From positions 54,624,001 through 54,688,000 of the forward strand of contig NC_086108.1 in the NCBI RefSeq assembly GCF_963921235.1: a DNA stretch of 64,000 bases, read 5' to 3'. Both the position numbers and the translations under genes were made by a program. The first letter of the stretch is position 1. Each line of letters starts with the position of its first letter. Shown piece by piece: positions 11,810 through 22,780 of this stretch. The DNA is from Mobula hypostoma (taxonomy: Eukaryota). The notes below the pieces were generated by a model. That model saw only the letters and a list, made by a program, of their open reading frames with translations. It did not search any database and was not told the DNA's origin.

Positions 11810-13665
11810 TGTTAAGCATGTAGTTTTGGGGCACTCAGAGACACATGATAAAATAGGCCAAAATCAGCATGGTTTCCTTAAAGGAATATCTTGCCTGACA
11901 AATCTGATGGAACTCTTTGAGGAAATAACAAGCAGGGTAGACAAAGGAGAATCGGAGGATGTTGTGTACTTGGATTTTCAGAAGGCCTTTGATAGGTTGG
12001 CGTATATGAGACTGCTTAACAGGATAAGAGCCCATGGTATTATAGGAAACATATTAGCATGGACAGAGCATTGGCTGATTGGTAGGATGAAAAGAGTGAG
12101 AATAAAGGGAGTCGTTTCTGATTGGCTGCTGGTAACTAGTGGTGTTCCACAAGGGTCAGTGTTGGGACCACTTCTTTAATGTTGTATGTCAATGATTTGG
12201 ATGACAGAATTAACAGCTTTGTGGCTAAGCTTGTGGATGATATGAAGATAAGTGAAAGGGCAAGTAATATTGAGGAAGCAGGGAGACTGCATGAGGACAG
12301 ATGAGAAGAATGGACTAAGAAATGGCAGATGAAATACAGTGTAGGGAAGGGTATGGTCATGCACTTTGGTGGAAGGGATAAAAGCAGAGATTATTTTCAA
12401 ACTGGATAGAAAATTCAAAAATCCGAGAAACAATGGGACTTGATAGTCCTTGTGCAGGATTTCCTAAAGGTTAATTTGTATGTAGGTTAAGTCGGTGGTG
12501 AGGAAGGCAAATGTAATGTGAGAATTAATTTTGAGAGAACTAAAATACAAAAGCAAAGATGTAATGCTGAGGCTTTAGAAGGCACAAGTAAGGCCTCACT
12601 TGGAGTATTGTAAGCCCTCTTTTTAAGAAAGGATGTCCAGACATTGGAGAGGATTCAGAGGAGGTTCATGAGAAAGATTCTGGGAATGAACAAGTTATTG
12701 TATGAATGGCGATTGATGGGTCTGGGCCTGTACTCACTGGAATTTAGATGAATGAGAAGGAATCTCATTGAAATCTATTGAATGTTGAAAGGTCCAGATA
12801 GAGTGGATGCGGAAAGGATGGTTCCTATGGTGGGGAGGTGGGGGCATCTAGGACCAGAGGGCACTGCCTCAGAATTGAAGGATATCCTTTAAGAATGAAG
12901 ATGAGAAGGAATTTCTTTAGCCAGAGTGTGGTAATCTCTGGAATTCATTGCCGCAGGCAATTGTGGAGGCCAGGTAAATGCATGTATTTAAGGCCGAGGT
13001 TGATTGGTTCTTGATTAGTCAGAGTGTGAAAGGTTATGGGGAGAAGGCATGAGAATGGAGTTGAGAGGGAAATTTGTAGGCTTTCATAAATAAAACAGCA
13101 GAGGTGTTTTAAGTTTAAGAGAAACCGTAACAACTCACTTTTGTTTCAACTAAACACAGAACATAAAGTGCGGTAAAAAATCTCACGCCATTACGTCATC
13201 ATGTCAGACAACCCTTTTAAAGTGAACTCCAACTCAATGTCGGTGGTTGTGAATTATGCATATGTTTCTACTGTCTGGAGCTCAGACGAGCTGTCCGGCT
13301 TGGGTGCTGTGTTCCATGGGTGGAGTAACAGCAGATGCCACTGGCTTGTCCAGACATGTGTTGATACTCTCATGGTCATGTCGTGATGCCGGGGTATGAC
13401 AGTAGAATCCTCTAAGTCTTGGTGGGCTGCTTTAAGGTAACCTACTGAAATACACTCATATCTATGATAAAGATCTTTCCTCTTCATTCCAAAATGCAGA
13501 TGGGTTATTGTAAGGGGTCCTAAGGGCATGTTGGTGTGCATCATGGCGGGCAAAAATGAACGAGGCGAATAGGAACCCAAGAGTGCTGTTCGCCATGATG
13601 GGAGATAGGATTAAGTGCAAGGGAATTGAATTACTGAGGAAGGTGGAACACTGTTGAGAGGCCTG

Positions 13666-14201
13666 TCAGGCCTTCGTGGCATCAGGAATGAAATCACCTG
13701 GCACTCGGAACAGCTGCCTGTATACCAACTCAGCTACAGACGACTGCAGGTCCTCTTTTGGAGCTGTTCCGAGCCCCAGCAGGACCCATGGGAGATGATC
13801 ATGCCAGCACTCATCTGTCGGTGATGCCCTCAGAGCAGGCTTTAAGGAGCGGTGAAACCACTCACATAGTCCATTGGACTGGGGTTGATATACCGTGGTG
13901 TGATGTAACCTCACACTGAGGTTCTGGGCCATCGCAGCCCAGAAGTCTGATGTGAACAAGGGACCACGGTCAGAGGAAATATCAGATGGGATGCCAAACT
14001 GAGCAACACAGGTGCTGATGAACGCCCGAGCCATGTCTGTGGCCGTCGTCGATGCTGGAGGGATGACCTCTGGCCACCTGGTGGTACGGTCCACCATGGT
14101 AAGCAGGTATGTGAAACTGCAGAAGAAGGAAGAACACCAACCATGTCCACGGTGACATGGTCAAACCATTGCTCAGCGATCTCAAAAGGTATCAATGGCA
14201 C
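13666..14201 (-). pseudogene. Gypsy integrase core, frameshifted
   Basis: FDHVTVDMVG, VDRTTRWPEVIP, SDRGPLFTSDFW and HHTTVYQPQSNGLCE split over two frames. Confidence 0.9.
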
Positions 14202-14246
14202 CCAAAAATGAATCCGCTGGCACTCAACACAGGCTGCACTCCAATC

Positions 14247-14612
14247 TTATAGATAAGATAGAGGCAGGGAAGTTGTTTCCACTGGTAGGGGAGACTAGAA
14301 CTAGGGGACATAGCCTCAAGATTCGGGGGAGTAGATTTAGGATGGAGATGAGAAGAAGCTGCTTTTCCCAGAGAGTGGTGAATCCGTGGAATTCTCTGCC
14401 CAATGAGGCAGTGGAGGCTACCTCAGTAAATATATTTAAGACAAGGTTGGATAGATTTTTGCATAGTAGGGGAATTAAGGGTTATAGGGAAAAGGCAGTT
14501 AGGTGGAGATGAGTCCATGGCTAACTCAGCCATGATTTTATTGAATGGTGGAGCAGGCTTGATGAGCCAGATGACCTACTCCTGCTCCTATTTTTTATAT
14601 TATGTTCTTATG
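14247..14612 (+). mobile_element. CR1 3' fragment inserted in the Gypsy integrase
   Basis: TRTRGHSLKI...FSQRVVNPWNSLP; TSD tccaatc at 14240-14246 and 14613-14619. Confidence 0.93.
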
Positions 14613-15359
14613 TCCAATCATACATGTCCTTTCTGAGGCTGTGCCACACAAACTTTAGTGCAACCAGTTTCTGTGAGGCCTCCCAGCCGATGCGAGAGTC
14701 CGTGAGTGGATTTAAAAACGGTACATCTCCAGTTTGCGGGCTCTAGGGGGTGAGTGCATCTGGTTGAGACATCGCATTGAAGAGAAACCCCAGCTTCCCT
14801 GAACTTAATGTCAGCTAACTGCAGGCTGGCGACGAATGTTTGGTAAACCTAGACCTCTGGGTCAGTAGTTTGGTCGGCTGTCACAGTGGCATAGTCAACC
14901 TCTATGTAAATGGCCTCAATGGCTGGCTGTGAAAGGCAATCAGCCACAGCATTATTATTCCCCTTGATATGTTGTCTATCAGTTGTGAAATCGGGTGTGT
15001 GAGGGGTTTGTGGTCAATGAATGCTGTGAAATGGTGGCTAGCCAGATAGGGACCAAGAAGCTCATGGTCAAACATGCTGTACTTCTTTTTCAGGAGGACA
15101 GATATGAAAAGAACTGCCACACGCCTCCAACCAACTGTTTGTGCACAGCACCCACAGCATAGTCTGAACTGTCAGTAGTAATGGCTATGGGTGCATTGGG
15201 GAGTGTGTGCGCAGTAGGGTCACATTAGAAAGAGCTCGTTAGGTGTTTCCAAATGCTCTGGTCGTGCCCACTGGGTAGTCAAGCACACAATTAGAGGCAA
15301 CACACATAAAAGTTGCTGGTGAACGCAGCAGGCCAGGCAGCATCTCTAGTAAGAGGTGC

Positions 15360-15395
15360 AGTCGACGTTTCAGGCCGAGACCCTTCGTCAGGACT
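15360..15395 (-). ncRNA. Minimal type I hammerhead ribozyme motif in the inverted pseudo-LTR
   Basis: Minus strand reads AGTC CTGACGA A GGGT CTCG GCCT GAAA C GTC GACT. Confidence 0.75.
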
Positions 15396-15724
15396 AACTG
15401 AAGGAAGAGTGAGTAAGGGATTTGAAAGTTGGAGGGGGAGGGGGAGATCCAAAATGATAGGAGAAGACAGGAGGGGGAGGGATGGAGCCAAGAGCTGGAC
15501 AGGTGATAGGCAAAAGGGATAAGAGAGGATCATGGGACAGGAGGTCCGGGAAGAAAGACAAGGTGGGGGGGAACCCAGAGGATGGGCAAGGGGTATATTC
15601 AGAGGGACAGAGGGAGAAAAAGGAGAGTGAGAGAAAGAATGTGTGTATAAAAATAAGTAACAGATGGGGTATGAGGGGGTGGTGGGGCATTAGCGGAAGT
15701 TAGAGAAGTCGATGATGTTCATGC

Positions 15725-17560
15725 CACTCCCTCCGCACTGATCCTAACCTTATTATTAAACCCGCTGATAAGGGCGGTGCTGTTGTAGTCTGGCGTACTG
15801 ACCTCTACCTTGCCGAGGCACAGCGACAACTCGCGGATACCTTTTCTTATTTACCCCTCGATCGTGACCCCACTAAGGAGCACCAGGCCATTGTCTCCCA
15901 CACCATCACTGACTTTATCCACTCAGGGCATCTCCCATCCACTGCTACCAACCTTATAGTTCCCACACCTCACACTTCCCGTTTCTACCTCCTACCCAAG
16001 ATCCACAAACCTGCCTGTCCTGGCCGATCTATTGTCTCAGCTTGCTCCTGCCCCACCGAACTCGTTTCTGCATACCCCGACACGGTTTTATCCCCCCTTG
16101 TTCAATCCCTTCCTACCTATGTTCATGACACTTCTCATGCTCTTAAACTTTTCGATGATTTTAAGTTCCCTGGCCCCCACCGCTTTATTTTCACCATGGA
16201 TGTCCAGTCCCTATATACTTCCATCCCCCATCAGGAAGGTCTCAAAGCTCTAAGCTTCTTTTTGGATTCCAGACCTAATCAGTTCCCCTCTACCACCACT
16301 CTGCTCCGTCTAGCAGAATTAGTCCTTACTCTTAATAATTTCTCCTTTTGCTCCTCCCATTTCCTCCAAACTAAAGGTGTAGCTATGGGCACCCGTATGG
16401 GTCCTAGCTATGCTTGCCTTTTTGTTTGCTTTGTGGAACAATCTATGTTCCGTGCCTATTCTGGTATCTGTCCCCCACTTTTCCTTCGCTACATCGACGA
16501 CTGCATTGGCGCTGCTTCCTGCACGCATGCGGAACTCGTTGACTTTATTAACTTTGCCTCCAACTTTCACCCTGCCCTCAAGTTTACCTGGTCCATTTCC
16601 GACACCTTCCTCCCCTTTCTAGATCTTTCTGTCTCTGTCTCTGGAGACAGCTTATCCACTGATGTCTACTATAAGCCTACTGACTCTCACAGCTATCTGG
16701 ACTATTCCTCTTCTCACCCTGTCTCTAGCAAAAACGCCATCCCCTTCTTGCAATTCCTCCGTCTCCATCGCATCTGCTCTCAGGATGAGGCCTTTCATTC
16801 TAGGACAAGGGAGATGTCTTCCTTTTTTAAAGAAAGGGGCTTCCCTTCCTCCACTATCAACTCTGCTCTTAAACGCATCTCCCCCATTTCACGTACATCT
16901 GCTCTCACTCCATCCTCCCGCCACCCCACTAGGAATAGGGTTCCCCTGGTCCTCACCTACCACCCCACCAGCCTCCTGGTCCAACATATTATTCTCCGTA
17001 ACTTCCACCACCTCCAACGGGATCCCACCACTAAGCAATTCTTTCCCTCCCCCCGCCTCTCTGCATTCCGCAGGGATCGCTCCCTACGCAACTCCCTTGT
17101 CCATTCATCCCCCCCCCCATCCCTCCCCACTGATCTCTCTCCTGGCACTTATCCATGTAAGCGGAACAAGTGCTACACATGCCCTTACACTTCCTCCCTT
17201 ACCACCATTCAGGGCCCCAAACAGTCCTTCCAGGTGAGGCAACACTTCTCCCGTGAGTCGGTTGGGGTGATATACTGTGTCCGGTGCTCCCGATGTGGCC
17301 TTTTATATATTGGCGAGACCCGACGCAGACTGGGAGACCGCTTTGCTGAACATCTACGCTCTGTCCGCCAGAGAAAGCAGGATCTCCCAGTGGCCACACA
17401 TTTTAACTCCACATCACATTCCCATTCTGACATGTCCATCCACGGCCTCCTCTACTGTAAAGATGAAGCCACACTCAGTTTGGAGGAACAACACCTTATA
17501 TTCCATCTGGGTAGCCTCCAACCTCTTGGCATAAACATCGACTTCTCTAACCTCCGCTAA
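15725..17560 (+). CDS. Penelope RT + GIY-YIG endonuclease, 5'-truncated; reading frame has no stop (first ATG at 16196)
   Basis: IIKPADKGGAVVV, FYLLPKIHK, MDVQSLYTSIP, GVAMGT, RYIDD, FLD, Cys-rich CKRNKCYTC, VIYCVRCSRCGLLYIGET..RL..RF.EH, EQHLI, GIN; hand translation is open from 15725 to TAA at 17560. Confidence 0.93.
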   Translation, partial: HSLRTDPNLIIKPADKGGAVVVWRTDLYLAEAQRQLADTFSYLPLDRDPTKEHQAIVSHTITDFIHSGHLPSTATNLIVPTPHTSRFYLLPKIHKPACPGRSIVSACSCPTELVSAYPDTVLSPLVQSLPTYVHDTSHALKLFDDFKFPGPHRFIFTMDVQSLYTSIPHQEGLKALSFFLDSRPNQFPSTTTLLRLAELVLTLNNFSFCSSHFLQTKGVAMGTRMGPSYACLFVCFVEQSMFRAYSGICPPLFLRYIDDCIGAASCTHAELVDFINFASNFHPALKFTWSISDTFLPFLDLSVSVSGDSLSTDVYYKPTDSHSYLDYSSSHPVSSKNAIPFLQFLRLHRICSQDEAFHSRTREMSSFFKERGFPSSTINSALKRISPISRTSALTPSSRHPTRNRVPLVLTYHPTSLLVQHIILRNFHHLQRDPTTKQFFPSPRLSAFRRDRSLRNSLVHSSPPPSLPTDLSPGTYPCKRNKCYTCPYTSSLTTIQGPKQSFQVRQHFSRESVGVIYCVRCSRCGLLYIGETRRRLGDRFAEHLRSVRQRKQDLPVATHFNSTSHSHSDMSIHGLLYCKDEATLSLEEQHLIFHLGSLQPLGINIDFSNLR

Positions 17561-17854
17561 TGCCCCACCTCCCCCTCGTACCCCATCTGTTACTTATTTT
17601 TATACACACATTCTTTCTCTCACTCTCCTTTTTCTCCCTCTGTTCCTCTGAATATACCCCTTGCCCATCCTCTGGGTCCCCCCCCACCTTGTCTTTCTTC
17701 CCGGACCTCCTGTCCCATGATCCTCTCGTATCCCTTTTGCCTATCACCCGTCCAGCTCTTGGCTCCATCTCTCCCCCTCCTGTCTTCTCCTATCATTTCG
17801 GATCTCCCCCTCCCCCTCCAGCTTTCAAATCCCTTACTCACTCTTCCTCCAGTT

Positions 17855-17890
17855 AGTCCTGACGAAGGGCCTCGGCCTGAAACGTCGACT
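17855..17890 (+). ncRNA. Minimal type I hammerhead ribozyme motif in the 3' pseudo-LTR; predicted cleavage after C17886
   Basis: AGTC CTGACGA A GGGC CTCG GCCT GAAA C GTC GACT. Confidence 0.78.
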
Positions 17891-18869
17891 GCACCTCTTC
17901 CTAGAGATGCTGCCTGGCCTGCTGCGTTCACCAGCAACTTTTATGTGTGTTGCTTGAATTTCCAGCATCTGCAGAATTCCTGTTGTTTGTGACACAATTA
18001 GAGGCATTGCCTTTAAAGGCACTATACAGGGGGAGCATAATTCCAACAGTTTGTGGAATGAAGTGGCGATAGAAATTCACCGTACCTAAAACTTCTTGTC
18101 ATTTTTTAGTCGTGTGGGGTGGTGGGAAATCCATAATAGTAGCTATTGATGGGAGGGGTTTTGCACTTTTCTGCTGAGATGCAATGGCCGAGAAAGTCAA
18201 TGGTTGACAATGCAAACTGGCATTTAGCAGGGTTAGTACTCAACTCGTGTTGGCTTAAGCACTCTAAAAGTGTGTCAAGATGTGTGTTCAGATTTGAATA
18301 CACTGGCGACAAGTAAGTCATCTAAATAAACGGAAAGGAAATCTACGTCCTTTAATACAGAGTCCATCAGCCATTGGAAATTGTGCTGTCTTTATCAGCC
18401 CAAATGGCATGCGAGGAAATTCAAAGAAGCCAAGCAGGGTTATCACAGCTATTTTAGGAATGTCCTCCTAGCACACAGATACCTGATGGTAGCCACAAAC
18501 TGAGTTAACTTTTGAATAAATTGACTTTCTGGCTAACCGTGCCAAAAAGTCTTGGATATATGGGACCAGGTAATGATTGGGGGAAGTGGCCTCATTAAGG
18601 AGTAGGTAATCACCACATGGCAGCAACTACCATCGGACTTGGAGACCATGTGGAGGGGTGAAGCCCAGGGGCTATTCGACTGGTGTACAATGCCAAGCCT
18701 TTTCATGTTGGCAAACTCAGCCTTCATGGTTGCCAGCTTTTCTTGGTCCAGTCTACATGTGAGGGCATGGACCAGCAGGCCAGCTGTGGAAATGTGGCGC
18801 TCAAGCCCATGTTTTGTGACGTTGGAACTTCTGTTTGAGATGGAACCTGCATTCAATGCTCCTTTAGTT

Positions 18870-19545
18870 GACATCTTCTGGATAGATCATGAAACTATAT
18901 ATTTCCCTTCTTTTATGTATTTTACGTGTTTGTTTTGCATTGATTATGATTCTGGAACTGTTGGAGTCTGTGATTTGCAGTTTGGAGATCTTTTAGGTAT
19001 TTCAGCACTCTGCAGTCTCCAAGGGGATTCCGGGAAGCAGAGGCAGTGTGCAGGAACCTTAACACTTCCAATTAAAAAGATAAGGGAGATTTAAATGCCG
19101 ACTGCCTGCCTTTTTATCACTGGTGAGATTGCGCTGCCACCGAGAGGGGGGACTGCCTTTTTATTGCTGGCGAGATTGCTCTGCTATGGAAAGGGGAGAC
19201 TTTCTTTGTATCAATGGTGAGATCATTCTGCTGTGAAGAGGGAGAATATTGCCCAGGTTTTCTGCATTTTGGATGTAGACTTGGTTTGTCAACTCCTTTT
19301 CAACCTTATGGTTTTTTTTGTATTCTGTGTTTTCGCCCAATCTTTCTCAATTTGTCTGTGTGCAGGGAGGGGGATTTGGGGTTGATGTGCCTGTTCCATT
19401 TTTGTTCATTACTTGTGTGGGAAGGAGGGATTTGGGGATTATCATGCTTCCATTCTTTGCCTTCTGGGTTTCGTGGCTATCTGGAGAAGAAGGATTTCAG
19501 AATTGTATACTTTGATAATAAATGAACCTTTGAAGCTTTGTAGTT
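18870..19545 (+). mobile_element. SINE-like insertion in Gypsy pol, with a ~46-bp degenerate triplication at about 19105-19245
   Basis: Interrupts Gypsy between protease and RT; ends in gataataaatgaacctttgaa tail. Confidence 0.65.
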
Positions 19546-20876
19546 TTGAATGTAGTCTGGGAATTCGCCCTGTAGTCGAGTGAACTCACATGTAGCGGTG
19601 CATGTGCTTGACAGAGTTGTTGTGGAGAACTTACTGGACAAGTAGAGTACCGATCCAAAGTCCTTGACATCCACAAGCCGGCAGTTCTTAAAGTCAACAA
19701 ACAGTCCAGGAAATCCGCACCGGACAGAGGTCTAACCACTTTAGCCAAGAAGAGTGTCTCATGTGTAACATCACCCACTAAAGCAGAGCGTCACCTGTCA
19801 TGTCCTGTAAGTCTGGATCCTGCTGCCATTGGCAGCCTCCAGCGAGGTTTCGTCACTCTTTTGCCTTCTCATCAATAGGTGACGCTGGCAGCACACTCAC
19901 TTGAATGCCCGTGTCACACAGAAATCGACGCCCTGAAAGGGTGCCTGGAATGAAGAGTCGATGGCCCAGGCAGCTGGAATCCATGGTGTTCACAGAGTCC
20001 TGATGCCAGATGCTCTGGCACTATTGAAGCTGCTAAGCCGTTGGCACTTCCTAGTATTCATACCAAAGCAAGCATAGTAAAAACATAGGCCCAGCATTGT
20101 CTGCTTTGCAGCCGTGTGAGTGTGTGTGCTGGAGGCCCTGCTGACCGGGCTTACTGAGGCTGGGAAAGGAGGAGGAATGATCTATCTCTGCCTGGCTGAG
20201 TGTAGCCTACCAGCCATTTTAGCAAGCTCCCTATAGTCCTTCATGGGTGCATTAGCGAGGGCTGTACAAACTTTCTTAGGCATTTGCTGCATGAAAAGTT
20301 CTTTAAAAATAAAATAAGGATGGTGACTTACCAGGAGAGACAGAATATGGTCCATTAGCTTGGAAGGCCTAGCATCCCTGAGGCTGGGCAAGGGGAGACT
20401 CCGATAGTCAAAAGTCTATTAAAGGTGAGTTTTCAGTGTGCAATATTTTTTGCATTCAAACAGACTCACCATTCCTGCTGCCATGGAACTGCTGAGTGAG
20501 GCTACCACATAGCAATATCTGGTGTCGTCCTTCAAAACTTCTCACAGCGCAAGTTGGGCCTCAGTTTGTAGAAACCAAGCATTGGCATTTTGCTCCCAAA
20601 ACTCCAACAGTTTCAAAGTGATTGTGTTGGCCGACATGTTGAATAACTCTGGAATGGTCCTAGAGCATCAGGGTGACCAATAAAGGTTTTCGTAATTAAA
20701 ATGGCAGAGGTGTTTTACGTTTAAGGGAAACTGTAACAACTCACTTTTATTATCAACCAAGAAAAATAAACAATGTTGTTATGTCATCACATCAGACCAG
20801 CTTCTTAAAGTGAACTTCAATCTAATGTTGGTGGTTGTGAATTATTCATAGATTTCCACCCATTAATTACCCTACA

Positions 20877-20962
20877 AATGGATCTGCTCTAAAGAAATGG
20901 TGGAGCAGACTTGATGGGCCAAATGGCCTGATTCTGCTCCTATGTTTTATGGTCTTATGGTC
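20877..20962 (+). mobile_element. Displaced 3' tail of the CR1 at 10690-13074
   Basis: gagcagacttgatgggccaaatggcctgattctgctcctatgttttatggtcttatggtc. Confidence 0.85.
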
Positions 20963-21120
20963 TTTTTCCCTTGTTACTTTTGTTGGCTGATCCCTTTTAA
21001 ATCGAAAGCTATTTATTGGTGATAACAGAGAGGCAACAAAACTTGTTTGATCCTCTTTTACCTCAATATTTCATTCCATTATCAAGAAAAGACTGTAATT
21101 ATGAAAAATTGTGAAATGAC

Positions 21121-21734
21121 TGTAACCTTCAGGCTCGCCAGCACGTGCTCATCTAGGGGAAGACAACTTCTGGCCCCGCCAAACCGAGAAATCTCCTTCA
21201 TGTGGATGCTGCGTGATGTGTTGCCCGGTTACAAATCCGAGCCGCAAAATATCAGACAGTACACCATATGAAATTAACTGATTGAACTTAATAAATCTTA
21301 ATCTGAATATATATCTGAGTAAAGATATATATATCTGAGCAAAGAAAATCAGAAGAAAGAGGGCCCATTTTAAGAGAAACGTCAAAAGTGCACGTTGAAG
21401 CTCACAAATACAGCCATTCATCAACCATCGACCTCCTCCAAGTGCTGCCAACCTTCAGCCCCTCTCTCCAGACCACCGTCTGGTGGTCTCCCAGCTCTCT
21501 CTCTGCATTCGCGTCTTCCTCCCTCTCCTCTTGCCGACCAAAGACCGGGAAAATCTCTCTTCCAGACTCACAAGAAACAACAACATTTTTCTCATTGGAT
21601 AGGCCCGCCCCCCCCCCCACATTCCAAGCCGCATTATCTCCAGTCATAACCCAAACATTGCTGCTACAGACAAATCATTACATTAGCAGTGAAACATTAC
21701 AGAGAGGCCAATACGTTAACACTGAAACCTTACA
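21121..21734. mobile_element. Probable solo LTR
   Basis: TGTAA...TTACA ends; shares ctagggga(a)g.caac.tctgg.ccc.ccaaacc and tgtgg.tgctg.gt.a blocks with 48995-49602; no clear TSD. Confidence 0.65.
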
Positions 21735-22099
21735 GTGCATCACATGACTAAAAGGGAAAGAATATTTTTCCTGTAGGAAGGTTTGTAAGGAGACATCAAT
21801 AAAATTATTTCCGAAAATGGGCAAGGAATGTGTCAAAGGAATGATTTACCAGAGGCGGTAGTTGAAGTCAGGACAACTGCTTGCACTTACATCAGGTTTC
21901 TGTGTGACAAGAATTGATTTATATCTAGCCTTTGTTTAATAGTGCAGTTGCCTCCTCCACAAACCATTGTCGGCCTTATGGTAACAGGGCTTTGATAATT
22001 ATGTCGGCGGAAACATCTGGGATGCTGATCTAGCAGCCATGAATGACCAGCAACATCACAAAGTGATGTGTGACATGGAATGCCCTTCAGGCATCTAGA

Positions 22100-22780
22100 A
22101 TGCACTGGAAAAACCAAGACAAAAATCAAGTGGCAGGGCCTGAGTTCGAGAGCGAGGATCGACTCGAAGTTTGGCCAATTTAAGCGCTGGGCCAGATGGA
22201 AAAGGTCAGGGTGTTGGGGATGGAGGCGAAGGACGGGCCAGAGTTCAGCTTGCTGCTTTCTGAGGCTTATTCATCTCTGTGCTGAATTGAGGATGTGCTT
22301 TGCAACAAATGGCCTCCTGAATCGACTGCAGTGATGGCTGTGGACTCACTTCCATGAACTTCAGTTGTGAATGCTATTTGCTCCTTTTTATTGTTTGCAC
22401 GATTTGTTATTTTCTGCACTTCGGGTGTTTGACCATCTTCTTTATTCTTTAATGGGTTCTATTCGGTTTCTCTGTTTTATGGCTTCCTGTATTAAGACAA
22501 ACTTCAAGGTTGTATATAGTATACATACTTTTATAATAAATCCACTTTGAACTTTGAAGTGATATAAATTACTACCATCAAGGAGGAGGTACAAGAGCCT
22601 GAAGATGCACGCTCAAGGTTTCTTCCTCTCCTCCAACAGATTACTGAACAAACCATGAATGCATGAACACTACCTCACTATTCCTCTCTTACACTATGTA
22701 TTCCTTCATTCATCCATGTATTTAGTTATTTATTTGTTTATTCATCCACTTGCTTATTTATTGATTGATTTATTATATAT
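22100..22780 (+). mobile_element. SINE-like element with LINE tail (to about 22557) followed by a Rex1-like 3' end remnant
   Basis: aataaatccactttgaactttgaa tail, then LPSRRRYKSLK-like remnant. Confidence 0.55.

Larger units (their letters stand above)
10690..13074 (+). mobile_element. Internally deleted CR1 (5' UTR joined to mid-ORF2); host of later insertions; its 3' tail resumes at 20877-20962
   Basis: [46 protein letters not shown]; the 3' UTR gagaatggagttgagagggaaat is continued after the Gypsy by ggatc...gagcagacttgatgggcc and a (GGTCTTAT)-type tail. Confidence 0.9.
15300..17991 (+). mobile_element. Penelope-like element (Neptune-type) with an inverted 5' pseudo-LTR (15300-15726)
   Basis: 15300-15726 is the reverse complement of about 17528-17953; 15-bp TSD acacaattagaggca at 15285-15299 and 17992-18006. 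Confidence 0.96.
13075..20876 (-). mobile_element. Decayed Gypsy (Ty3) LTR retrotransposon with two diverged LTRs (13075-~13270 and ~20680-20876)
   Basis: TG...CA ends; 4-bp TSD aatt/aatg; degenerate tRNA-Trp-like PBS next to 20680; gag MSANTITLKLLEFWEQNANAWFLQTEAQL; protease RRFLCDTG; RT SPWASPLHMV and YLDD; integrase VDRTTRWPE...ISSDRG...YQPQSNGLCE; order PR-RT-RH-IN. Confidence 0.92.
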
